NCBI GenBank assembly: GCA_965216725.1
Contig: CBDCGI010000022.1
Coordinates: 147,222-211,221 of the forward strand
Reading direction: 5' to 3'
DNA length: 64,000 nucleotides
Source: Acidimicrobiia bacterium
GTDB taxonomy: Bacteria > Actinomycetota > Acidimicrobiia > Spongiisociales > ZC4RG35
Shown here: positions 45,937-53,784 of the stretch, in pieces
How positions within the stretch are numbered: position 1 is the first letter of the stretch
Layout of the letters: each line of letters starts with the position of its first letter
Position numbers and translations under genes: made by a program
Notes under the pieces: generated by a model
What the model saw: only the letters and a program-made list of their open reading frames with translations
Told to the model about the DNA's origin: nothing
Databases searched by the model: none

Positions 45937-47291
45937 CCGTCAGGAATCCGTCGTCGACCCCGGAGACCAGGTACGCCGATAGTGAAGGGGTAGGCATTGC
46001 CTACCAAGTGTTCGGCGAAGGCCCCGTGGATCTGGTGATGATCCCGGGGTTCGGCTCCCATCTCGAGATGGCCTGGGACTATCCGAGGCTGGCCCGTTTC
46101 CACCACCAGCTGTCTTCGTTCGCCCGGGTCACGGTCCTCGACAAGAGAGGGACCGGATTGTCGGATCGGGTATCTCCCAACGACCTCCCCGGGATAGAAC
46201 AGCGGAAAGACGACTTGAAGGCGGTGATGGACGCCGCGGGTGTGGAGCAGGCAGCAATGCTGGCCACTTCCGACGGCGGGCCACTCGCCATGTTGTTCGC
46301 CGCTACCTACCCCGATCGGGTTCAGAACCTGATATTGATCAACTCGTACGCGAAACGTCTCAGTTCTCCTGATCACCCCGAGGGATTCAGCCCCGAGTCC
46401 TACGACGGCTTCATCCAGATGGTGACCGACAACTGGGGTGAGGCGGTGGGAGCCGAGATTCTGGCACCGAGCTCGGCCGACGACCCCGAGTTTCGCAACT
46501 GGTGGGCCGCCTCGCTGCGGGCAAGCATGAGCCCAGGCGCGGCCAAGGCGATGGTGGCGATGAACTCGGCGATAGATGTCAGGGAGGCACTTCCGGCGAT
46601 CCAGGCACCAACGCTGGTGATCCACCGGTCAGGCGACCAGGGAAGCCCGGTCGAGAGCGGTCGGTACATCGCCCGGAACATCGCGGGCGCACGGCTGTTG
46701 GAGCTTCCCGGTGATGATCATTTCCCCTGGCTGGGTGATTCCGATGCCGTCCTCGCCGCAATCGAAGAGTTCGTGACCGGACACCGCTCCGGCGCAGTCT
46801 CCAACCACGCCCTTGCCTCCGTCCTGTTCACGGACATCGTGTCTTCTACCGAGAAGGCGGCCACCCTCGGGGACCGGGAATGGACGGCCCTGGTCAAGAC
46901 CCATGATGGGGTCGTCGAGGGTGAGGTGGCCAGGTTCGGCGGGCGTCAGGTGAAACAGACCGGTGACGGCTCGTTGAGCGTTTTCGAAGGTCCGGCGCGT
47001 GCGGTGCGATGCTGGCAGTCGATGGCGAAACGACTCCGGGATGTCGGCCTGGACATCCGGGGCGGTCTTCACACCAGCGAAGTGGAGATGGTCAACGGCG
47101 ACGTCAGAGGGCTTGGAGTCCACATCGCGGCCCGGCTCATGGACGTGGCCGAGCCCGGCGACCTGGCTGTGTCTTCGGTGGTGCGTGATCTGTCGGTGGG
47201 ATCGGGTCTCGGCTTCACCGACCTCGGGTCACATTCCTTGAAAGGGGTGCCGGGGGAGTGGCAGGTCTACGGAGTCGACGTCGGGGGGTGA
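45933..47291 (+). CDS. Alpha/beta-hydrolase domain fused to class III cyclase domain (Rv1900c/LipJ-like architecture)
   Basis: The start is taken at GTG 45933 (VTVRNPSST...). The hydrolase part contains DLVMIPGFGSH and LATSDGG. The cyclase part contains SVLFTDIVSST, QTGDGSLSVF and LGVHIAARL, with His where Asn is usual. The 177-aa track extension overlaps the membrane gene and is rejected. Confidence 0.85.
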   Translation: MTVRNPSSTPETRYADSEGVGIAYQVFGEGPVDLVMIPGFGSHLEMAWDYPRLARFHHQLSSFARVTVLDKRGTGLSDRVSPNDLPGIEQRKDDLKAVMDAAGVEQAAMLATSDGGPLAMLFAATYPDRVQNLILINSYAKRLSSPDHPEGFSPESYDGFIQMVTDNWGEAVGAEILAPSSADDPEFRNWWAASLRASMSPGAAKAMVAMNSAIDVREALPAIQAPTLVIHRSGDQGSPVESGRYIARNIAGARLLELPGDDHFPWLGDSDAVLAAIEEFVTGHRSGAVSNHALASVLFTDIVSSTEKAATLGDREWTALVKTHDGVVEGEVARFGGRQVKQTGDGSLSVFEGPARAVRCWQSMAKRLRDVGLDIRGGLHTSEVEMVNGDVRGLGVHIAARLMDVAEPGDLAVSSVVRDLSVGSGLGFTDLGSHSLKGVPGEWQVYGVDVGG

Positions 47292-47332
47292 CAGCCGATC
47301 GACCCCAATCGGGGGTTTGAGTTTCTTGGATG

Positions 47333-47536
47333 TCAGCCTTTCAGATGTTGACCTGCAGGGCGCTTGTCAGCCCTCCGGGAGAACATGGATCGGTTGATCT
47401 CGCCTGAGATCATCGACTCGTAGCGAATGGTGATGTCGCCACAGTCCTCACAAACCACCCGCTCCAACCCGTTTGTGATCACGTGGATCGTTGAAGTGTG
47501 TTTGCACTCGTCTTCGAGTGGTCGGCGTTTGGCCAA
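47333..47536 (-). CDS. Hypothetical small protein (possible Cys/His metal-binding knuckle)
   Basis: 67-aa ORF with ECKH...VCEDCG. No recognisable family. Confidence 0.3.
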   Translation of the reverse strand: MAKRRPLEDECKHTSTIHVITNGLERVVCEDCGDITIRYESMISGEINRSMFSRRADKRPAGQHLKG

Positions 47537-47653
47537 CTTTCATTCCTCCCATTGATTTCCCGCCATCAAGGTGGCACATCGGAAGCCAGGTACAAGAGAC
47601 CAACCCGAACCGTTCGATAGGACTAGACAGCGGCGGCCAAGCCGCCTTTGTTG

Positions 47654-48109
47654 TTACGGAGCTGGGTCCTCGGGATGTAGTGCATAAGCTCTGGTCACGA
47701 ACCGGGTGGTTTGGGGGTCGATGACGCCTTCTTCGAACCCGATCGTGTCGTTGAGCCAGTCCAGGTCGGGCTCGTCGGTGTACCAGCGGATCGAGCCTGA
47801 GAAGTGACGATTCCCGTCGTCCTGCATGACGCTGACCCCGTGCATCCGATAGAGAACCCCGTGTCCGGAGCCTTCGAGCTTGATGACCCCGGTCAGGTTG
47901 GGGAGGTAGGCGCCGTCTGGGCGTCTCGCCGGGAAGTTTGTCCACTCGATGACGCCGCTGCGTTCCCCCCATTGCACTGAGCCTTCACCGCTTCCGAGGA
48001 GCCGGCCGAGGCTCCCGTCGCGGAGGGCGGCTCCGTACATCTCGCCGGTGTATCCCTGGTCGGTGGTGTAGAGGAGCTGCGGGCGCATGATCGGCACGGT
48101 AGCCGTCAT
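47654..48109 (-). CDS. Hypothetical protein (beta-rich, about 150 aa)
   Basis: 151-aa ORF of normal composition. It fits the intergenic frame better than the overlapping Arg-rich ORF 47448..47972. The family is not recognised with confidence. Confidence 0.45.
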   Translation of the reverse strand: MTATVPIMRPQLLYTTDQGYTGEMYGAALRDGSLGRLLGSGEGSVQWGERSGVIEWTNFPARRPDGAYLPNLTGVIKLEGSGHGVLYRMHGVSVMQDDGNRHFSGSIRWYTDEPDLDWLNDTIGFEEGVIDPQTTRFVTRAYALHPEDPAP

Positions 48110-48223
48110 TTGGGTGCGCGATGGTCGTTGCGGCTCGACACGGTCACCATGACTCCGATATCATCCAAAGTGAAATCTGACTACTCATCGTGACGATGAG
48201 GGAGGGCTTGACGAGGAGGCAAG

Positions 48224-49936
48224 ATGAAGGTCAGTAGACGAGGTACGCGCGGGCTGTTGGGGGTTCTCCTGGCTGCGGCGATGGTTGTTGGCGCTGCGAT
48301 TCCGGTCGCGGCGAAGGACCACAAGCCACCGAAAGTGGACTTCACTCTCACGGTTCTGCATAACAACGATGGGGAATCCGACCTGCTACCCGCCGAAGAT
48401 GGCGCGGGCAGTATCAGCCGTTACGGATGGCTGTTCCAGCAGCTGGAGAAAGCCGCCCGCACTTCTGGAGGTGAGGCACGGTCGAAGACCGGGGTCATCA
48501 GCATCGGCGCCGGCGACAACTTCCTGGCCAGCCCGGAGCTGGAGGCGAGTTTTGCCAAGGGGATTCCGTGGTATGACGCCATGGCATTGGATTACCTGGC
48601 GTATGACGCCTTTGTGATCGGAAACCACGAGTTCGACTTTGGCCCGGAGGTTCTGGCCGACTTCATCAACAGCTTTGATGGCAACGGTGATGTGTTCATC
48701 TCCGCGAACCTGGACTTTTCAGCCGAGCCCAGTCTTCAGGCATTGGTCGATGCCGGACTGATTCGCGCGAGCGTGGTAGTCAAGGAACGAGGGGAGCGGA
48801 TCGGGATTGTCGGTGTCACGACCCCCGAGCTCCGAGAGGTCACCAGCCCTGGTGATGTCATCATCGACGAGGATCTGGTGACGGTGGTGCAGGCTGAGAT
48901 CGATCACTTGACCGCACAGGGGATCGACAAGATCCTGGTCGCCTCTCATCTCCAGGACATCAGCAACGAACTGGAGCTTGTCACTCAGTTGGAGGACGTT
49001 GACGCCGTGATCGGCGGTGGCGGTGGAGAGGACATCTCCAGCAACTACCCGCTGGTGGCTACCGACCTCAACGGTGTCGAAGTACCCGTGGTGACCGTCC
49101 CCGGTGACTATTTCGATGTCGGCAACCTGGTCCTCAGCTTCGACGAGGACGGGAATGTGCTCGCCTACGGAGGCGGGTTGATGCCGGTGACCGGTGATCT
49201 GCCCCAGGATCCGTATCTGCTCAACAACGTCGAACAGCCCGTGGAGAACTTCCTCGCGGACCTGGCCGAGACGGTGATCGCGACCAGCGAGGTCGGGATC
49301 AACGGCGTTCGGGCCGATGTCCGGACCCGGGAGACCAACGGTGGAAACCTGATGGCTGATGCCCATCTTGCAGCAGCCCAGGAGAGGGCAGCCGACTTCG
49401 GCGCTTCGGTGCCCCAGGTGGCGCTGCAGAACGGTGGTGGCATCCGCAACGACTCCATCATCGGGCCGGGGAACATCACGCTGTTGGACACCTTCGACAT
49501 GGCGCCGTTCACCAACTTCGTTTCCATCCTGGATCCGATCTCGACCGGCGACTTCGTCGCCGCTGTGGAACACGGTCTGGCAGGTCTGCCCGGAGCGGCC
49601 GGCTCCTTCGCACAGTGGGCGGGTCTGGTTGTCACGTACGACCCGGCGGCGCTGGCGGGTAGCAGGATCGTGGATCTGACTCTCGACGACGGCACAGTCG
49701 TCGTGTCTGGCGGAGCCATCGTTTCCAGTGATCCGGTGACTATCGCCACCATCGACTTCCTGGCTGCAGGAAACGACGGGTATGACATGTTCGAGGCATA
49801 TGACTTCACCAGGGTGGGGATCTCCTACCAGCAGTCGCTCGCCGACTATTTGAGCGATCTGGGCACGGTGACTGCCGCGGACTATTCCGACCCGGTTAGC
49901 GCAGGAGACCGGACCCGGATCATTCCGACCAGCTGA
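48224..49936 (+). CDS. Secreted 5'-nucleotidase / metallophosphoesterase (UshA-like)
   Basis: 570 aa. The signal peptide is MKVSRRGTRGLLGVLLAAAMVVGAAIPVAA. Motifs are HNNDGES, GAGDNF and GNHEFDFG, followed by a C-terminal 5'-nucleotidase domain. Confidence 0.85.
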   Translation: MKVSRRGTRGLLGVLLAAAMVVGAAIPVAAKDHKPPKVDFTLTVLHNNDGESDLLPAEDGAGSISRYGWLFQQLEKAARTSGGEARSKTGVISIGAGDNFLASPELEASFAKGIPWYDAMALDYLAYDAFVIGNHEFDFGPEVLADFINSFDGNGDVFISANLDFSAEPSLQALVDAGLIRASVVVKERGERIGIVGVTTPELREVTSPGDVIIDEDLVTVVQAEIDHLTAQGIDKILVASHLQDISNELELVTQLEDVDAVIGGGGGEDISSNYPLVATDLNGVEVPVVTVPGDYFDVGNLVLSFDEDGNVLAYGGGLMPVTGDLPQDPYLLNNVEQPVENFLADLAETVIATSEVGINGVRADVRTRETNGGNLMADAHLAAAQERAADFGASVPQVALQNGGGIRNDSIIGPGNITLLDTFDMAPFTNFVSILDPISTGDFVAAVEHGLAGLPGAAGSFAQWAGLVVTYDPAALAGSRIVDLTLDDGTVVVSGGAIVSSDPVTIATIDFLAAGNDGYDMFEAYDFTRVGISYQQSLADYLSDLGTVTAADYSDPVSAGDRTRIIPTS

Positions 49937-49944
49937 ATCGAGCT

Positions 49945-49974
49945 TTGGGGGTGCCTCCTTGGAGGTACCCCCAA
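49945..49974 (+). terminator. Strong hairpin immediately after the nucleotidase gene
   Basis: TTGGGGGTGCCTCC (49945..49958) pairs with GGAGGTACCCCCAA (49961..49974). There are 14 pairs including one G-U. It starts 9 nt after the stop. There is no U-tract. Confidence 0.5.
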
Positions 49975-50069
49975 GTCCTCCAGCTGAAACCCCTGGCGTG
50001 ACCCGGGCGGCCCGTGCCTCGCCCGCGCTCTCAGGAAAGCCGGCGCGGGCCGTGATTAGGGTCGCGTCG

Positions 50070-50447
50070 ATGAGCCTTCCCATCGGCCGCCTGGTGCTGC
50101 TCGTCCGCGACTTCGCTGAGTCGCTGGTCTTCTACCGGGACAAGGTGGGTTTGGCTCTAGCCGAGCCGGCGGGGGAGAACTGGGCCACCTTCGACACCGG
50201 GGACGCCATTCTCTCGATCTCCGGCCCGTTTCCTGGAATGCCGTATGACCCCAAGTCTCTGGGCGAGACCCCGGATCAGCTCATGTTGCTGGTCGACGAC
50301 GTGGCCGCCGCCAGGGAAAACCTGGAGGCCAAGGGGGTGCAGGTTGGCGCCCCACATTCCCCGGGTGATGGCGTGCTGCTCGCCGAGTTCCGTGACCCAG
50401 ACGGGCGATATCTGGCCTTCGAGCAACGAGGTGATTCCCAGGGTTAG
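50070..50447 (+). CDS. Glyoxalase/VOC-family protein
   Basis: The start is taken at MSLPIGRLVLLVRDFAESLVFYRDKVGL (ATG 50070). The protein is about 125 aa with a beta-alpha-beta-beta-beta pattern. Confidence 0.72.
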   Translation: MSLPIGRLVLLVRDFAESLVFYRDKVGLALAEPAGENWATFDTGDAILSISGPFPGMPYDPKSLGETPDQLMLLVDDVAAARENLEAKGVQVGAPHSPGDGVLLAEFRDPDGRYLAFEQRGDSQG

Positions 50448-50526
50448 GCGGGTGGCGCCGAGCGTTGAGGATGTGGGCTGGGGGAGGGTTGGGTGATGAT
50501 CTACCAGATGCTGGTACAAGCCTGTC

Positions 50527-50562
50527 ATACCAATATTGATATAGGAATATCAAAACGGGTAT
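50527..50562. promoter_or_regulatory. AT-rich composite palindrome upstream of the XRE gene (candidate promoter/operator)
   Basis: The sequence is ATACC-AATA-TTGATAT-AGGA-ATATCAA-AACG-GGTAT. The inner 7-bp arms (50536..50542 and 50547..50553) and the outer 5-bp arms share one centre. It ends 12 nt before ATG 50574. By eye this is the most AT-rich stretch in the window. Confidence 0.45.
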
Positions 50563-50573
50563 CATATGAAGAT

Positions 50574-50876
50574 ATGAACCCGATTAAAGAAGCTCGTGTC
50601 CGTGCCGGCTTGACTCAAAAGGTCCTGGCAGAGCGATTGGGAACCCACCAGCCGGTGGTGGCTCGGTGGGAGAACGGACGTACCCGACCCGACTTCGACA
50701 CAGTTGTCAGGGTGGTCGAGGCATGCGGCTTCGAATTCCACTTCGAGATGCGCCCCGTAGAGCATGACACAGTGCTGGTGAGACGGGAACTGGCCAAGCC
50801 CCCGGCGCAGCGTTTAGAGGGTCTGGTGGAGGCCGTCACGGCTTTCGACGCGATGGTGGCTTCGGGCCATGGTTGA
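50574..50876 (+). CDS. XRE-family helix-turn-helix protein (antitoxin-like)
   Basis: The start is taken at MNPIKEARVRAGLTQKVLAERLGTHQPVVARWENGRTRP, a classic Cro/C1-type HTH. It overlaps the next gene by 8 nt. Confidence 0.8.
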   Translation: MNPIKEARVRAGLTQKVLAERLGTHQPVVARWENGRTRPDFDTVVRVVEACGFEFHFEMRPVEHDTVLVRRELAKPPAQRLEGLVEAVTAFDAMVASGHG

Positions 50877-51366
50877 CTTCGACCCGGTCGCGATGCTGCG
50901 GATTCTCCGGTCGCACGATGTCTCTTTCGTACTGGTCGGCGGTGTCGCCGCCCGCCTTCGCGGAGCTCCGCTGCTGACCCAAGACGTCGACATAACCCCC
51001 GAGGCGTCAGCCGCGAACCTGAAACGTTTGATGACAGCCTTGGAGGAAATGAATGCTCGGCTCCGCTCTGCTGCAGACCCTGACGGGATCGACTTCCCGT
51101 TCGACGCCAAGCTTCTTGCCACCAAGGCGTTGTGGACGCTGACCACCGAATATGGAGATCTGGATTTGGTGCTGGAACCGGCCGGCCTCGGTGGATTTGA
51201 CGAGATCGCCCACGGTGCCTCCCCGTTGCGAGTGGCAACCCAACCCGACCTCTATGTCGAAGTAGCCGCCCTTTCGGATGTGATTGCAAGCAAAGAAGCG
51301 GCGGCGCGGGAGAAGGATCTGGCGGCACTCCCCATGTTGCGGACCACACTCCGCGAGTCGACATAG
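50869..51366 (+). CDS. Nucleotidyltransferase-fold protein (minimal NTase / AbiEii-like)
   Basis: 165 aa. FVLVGGVAARLRGAPLLTQDVDI fits the minimal NTase signature hG[GS]-x9-13-Dh[DE]h. Confidence 0.55.
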   Translation: MVDFDPVAMLRILRSHDVSFVLVGGVAARLRGAPLLTQDVDITPEASAANLKRLMTALEEMNARLRSAADPDGIDFPFDAKLLATKALWTLTTEYGDLDLVLEPAGLGGFDEIAHGASPLRVATQPDLYVEVAALSDVIASKEAAAREKDLAALPMLRTTLREST

Positions 51367-51453
51367 AGCGACCGCTGCACGTGGGGGCCACTCAAAGGCC
51401 TGGAGTAGGTGCCGTTGGCAATGACCGACGAGGGCGGGTCGCAACATCGTCGT

Positions 51454-51467
51454 AGCAATCGATTGCA
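51454..51467. promoter_or_regulatory. LacI-type 14-bp palindromic operator, site A
   Basis: AGCAATCGATTGCA matches the palindrome TGCAATCGATTGCA at 13 of 14 positions. Confidence 0.5.
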
Positions 51468-51519
51468 CTCATGAGAGCGAAGTCGAAAGGGGATTGTTGA
51501 CAGCCCAAACGGCCGATGT

Positions 51520-51533
51520 AACAATCGATTGCA
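51520..51533. promoter_or_regulatory. LacI-type operator, site B
   Basis: The sequence is AACAATCGATTGCA. It lies 38 nt upstream of the permease ORF and 66 bp centre-to-centre from site A. A TTGACA hexamer sits at 51497..51502, 16-17 nt upstream of this site. Confidence 0.5.
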
Positions 51534-51570
51534 AAGAACCACGGCGACCCGGATGTAGCATCGTCCGGGA

Positions 51571-52629
51571 TTGCTGGAGAGGTCGAATGTGGCTCCAGCC
51601 GAGTCCAATCAAGGCATATTGCATCGTCTAGGTACCTGGCCAAGGTTCGACCGACTCACCATGGACTCTGTTCAAGTGCAGCTTCTACTGGGTATCGCCG
51701 TAGTGGGAGCGGTTTTCAGTGCTCTCTACCCAGATCGCTTCGCCACCTGGCGGAATGTCGAGAACATGGCGCGGCAGGGAGGAACTCTGGCCGTCGTAGC
51801 TATCGGCCAGAGTTTTGCTTTGATCTCGGGAGGCTTCGACATCTCAGTGGCGGCCACGATGGGACTTGCCAGCACGGTCGGAGCGATGGCCATGCTCAAC
51901 TATGGGATCGCCGCAGGAATCGCGGCTGGTCTGGGTGCCGCTCTTGCCGTAGGAATACTGAACGGCACCTTGATCGCCCGCTTCGGTGTGACGCCATTCA
52001 TCGCGACCCTGGGGATGCTGGCAATCGCTAAAGGCGTTGCGAACGAGCTCAGCGACGGCCGGTCCGTGTCCGGCATCCCATCGGAGTTCGACTGGTTTGG
52101 AGGAGGGAATTGGGGTCCGATTCCTGCGACGGTAGGAATGGCTCTCGTCGTACTGGCCCTTGCGAGTTTCTATCTCTACCGGACGCGGCCCGGTCTCTAC
52201 CTGTACGCCACGGGCGGCTCATCAGAGGCCTCCAGACTCGCGGGCATACGAATCGTTCGGTCGGAGCTCATGGCCTACGTCCTGTGCAGCCTCCTCGCAG
52301 GAATCGGCGGGCTGATGCTTGCCTCCAGAGTCTCAGTCGGCCAGGCAAGCCTTGGTCAGGGATTCGAGCTCATGTCCATCGCAACCGCGGTGATTGGCGG
52401 AGTCGCCATCGGCGGCGGCGTTGGTCGCCTTGGTGGAGTGGTCTTGGGCGTCGTGCTCATTTCTGTTCTTTCCACGGGCATGAATATTGCTCAGCTCAGC
52501 GAGTTCACCCAAGAAATCGTTACAGGGGCAGTGTTGATTGCGGCGGTTCTGCTCGACCGTATCAGGTTGCGGACACGTCAGCGTCGCCGAGTGGAGTCGG
52601 TCTTGAAGGAAGAAGATGCAGACATATAG
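51571..52629 (+). CDS. Sugar-type ABC transporter permease (RbsC/BPD_transp_2 family)
   Basis: 352 aa and polytopic. It contains NMARQGGTLAVVAIGQSFALISGGFDISV and ATGGSSEASRLAGI. The start is uncertain (TTG 51571 or ATG 51661). Confidence 0.85.
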   Translation: MLERSNVAPAESNQGILHRLGTWPRFDRLTMDSVQVQLLLGIAVVGAVFSALYPDRFATWRNVENMARQGGTLAVVAIGQSFALISGGFDISVAATMGLASTVGAMAMLNYGIAAGIAAGLGAALAVGILNGTLIARFGVTPFIATLGMLAIAKGVANELSDGRSVSGIPSEFDWFGGGNWGPIPATVGMALVVLALASFYLYRTRPGLYLYATGGSSEASRLAGIRIVRSELMAYVLCSLLAGIGGLMLASRVSVGQASLGQGFELMSIATAVIGGVAIGGGVGRLGGVVLGVVLISVLSTGMNIAQLSEFTQEIVTGAVLIAAVLLDRIRLRTRQRRRVESVLKEEDADI

Positions 52630-52680
52630 GCCGCGGTTTGCGGCACGTGATGCCAGCGTTGCTGGCGGGAGGAGAACCGG

Positions 52681-53751
52681 ATGAACCGGATCAAACGATC
52701 ATCGATATGGATGGCGCTTGTGGTAGTTGCCCTACTGCTTGCGGCGTGTGGAGGTGGCAGTGCTACTGACACCACGTCGGACGAAGGAGAAACTCCGACC
52801 ACAGGTGCCGCCAACGACCAGCTATTGGCGTGCGATGCTACTCCCACGCCTGAAGAGGTCGCGAATTACGAACTCCCCGAGGCCGATGAGCCCTACGACA
52901 TCACCCTGATGCAGGTGAGCCTGGCCGGCTATTACTACCAGGGGATTGACTTCGGAGCCCATGATGCCGGCGAAGATCTCGGAGTCGAGGTCACCACGCT
53001 CGCCGCCGAAGGTTACGCGTCGCCGGAGCTTCAACTCCAACAGGTTGAAGACGCGATCCAGCGCGGAACAGACGCGATTGTGATGGCTCCGTCTGATATC
53101 GCCGGTTCGGTGCCGGTGGTCGAGGCGGCTGTCGAGGCGGGCATTCCTGTCGTGAACATCTCAACCGAAGTGGACCATCCTGATGTCTACATGGTGATGC
53201 AGGATGACTACCTGCTTGGCGTCCAACTGGCTGACCGCCTTGCCGAGGTGGTCGAGAGTGGCGGAGGCATCATCATTGCCGGTCCCGCCAACGCGACATG
53301 GTCGCAGAAGCGGGTCGAGGGTTTCGAAGACCGCATTGCCGAGGCCTACCCCGATATCGAGGTGTTGGCAGCGCCCACACAGCTCGTTGACCCGGTGGAG
53401 GGTCTCGCCTCTTTCGAGGATGCGGTCCAGGCCCATCCCGACATCGACTGGATTGCGTCGGTTCACTACTTCATCCTGCAGCCGCAGGCGATTCCCGCCG
53501 AGTATGCCGATGTTCCCTACGTGAGCTTTGGGTATGAGCCGGATTCGATAGCGGCCCTGGAAAACGGTGCGCTTGACTCGGTGTTTGGAATCAACCCCGT
53601 GGCGATGGGACGAATCGGCATCGGAACTGCAATCTCGCTTCTGAACGGAGATGACCAGCCGAGAATCAACTGTCTGCCGGCGCCCCTCTTGACATCGGAG
53701 GACCGGGGTACGCCGGTGGCGAACAACGAAGTGATACCAGGCGACGAGTGA
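52681..53751 (+). CDS. Sugar-type ABC substrate-binding lipoprotein (periplasmic-binding-protein type I, RbsB-like)
   Basis: The signal peptide and lipobox are MALVVVALLLAACGGGS. The body shows the PBP-I pattern (DAIVMAPSD..., IPVVNIS). Confidence 0.85.
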   Translation: MNRIKRSSIWMALVVVALLLAACGGGSATDTTSDEGETPTTGAANDQLLACDATPTPEEVANYELPEADEPYDITLMQVSLAGYYYQGIDFGAHDAGEDLGVEVTTLAAEGYASPELQLQQVEDAIQRGTDAIVMAPSDIAGSVPVVEAAVEAGIPVVNISTEVDHPDVYMVMQDDYLLGVQLADRLAEVVESGGGIIIAGPANATWSQKRVEGFEDRIAEAYPDIEVLAAPTQLVDPVEGLASFEDAVQAHPDIDWIASVHYFILQPQAIPAEYADVPYVSFGYEPDSIAALENGALDSVFGINPVAMGRIGIGTAISLLNGDDQPRINCLPAPLLTSEDRGTPVANNEVIPGDE

Positions 53752-53784
53752 TCGGGGCTAGCTGAGAGTCGGAAAGAGCCTGAG

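Noticed and set aside
47302-47316. Short hairpin ACCCC-AATC-GGGGGT followed by TTTGAGTTTCTT, seen as a possible terminator after the hydrolase-cyclase gene
   Set aside because: The stem is only 5 bp, which is too weak to call with confidence. It may still contribute to termination.
48719-50083. 454-aa ORF antisense to the 5'-nucleotidase gene
   Set aside because: It has the same compositional artefact. The sense-strand gene has a signal peptide and metallophosphatase motifs.
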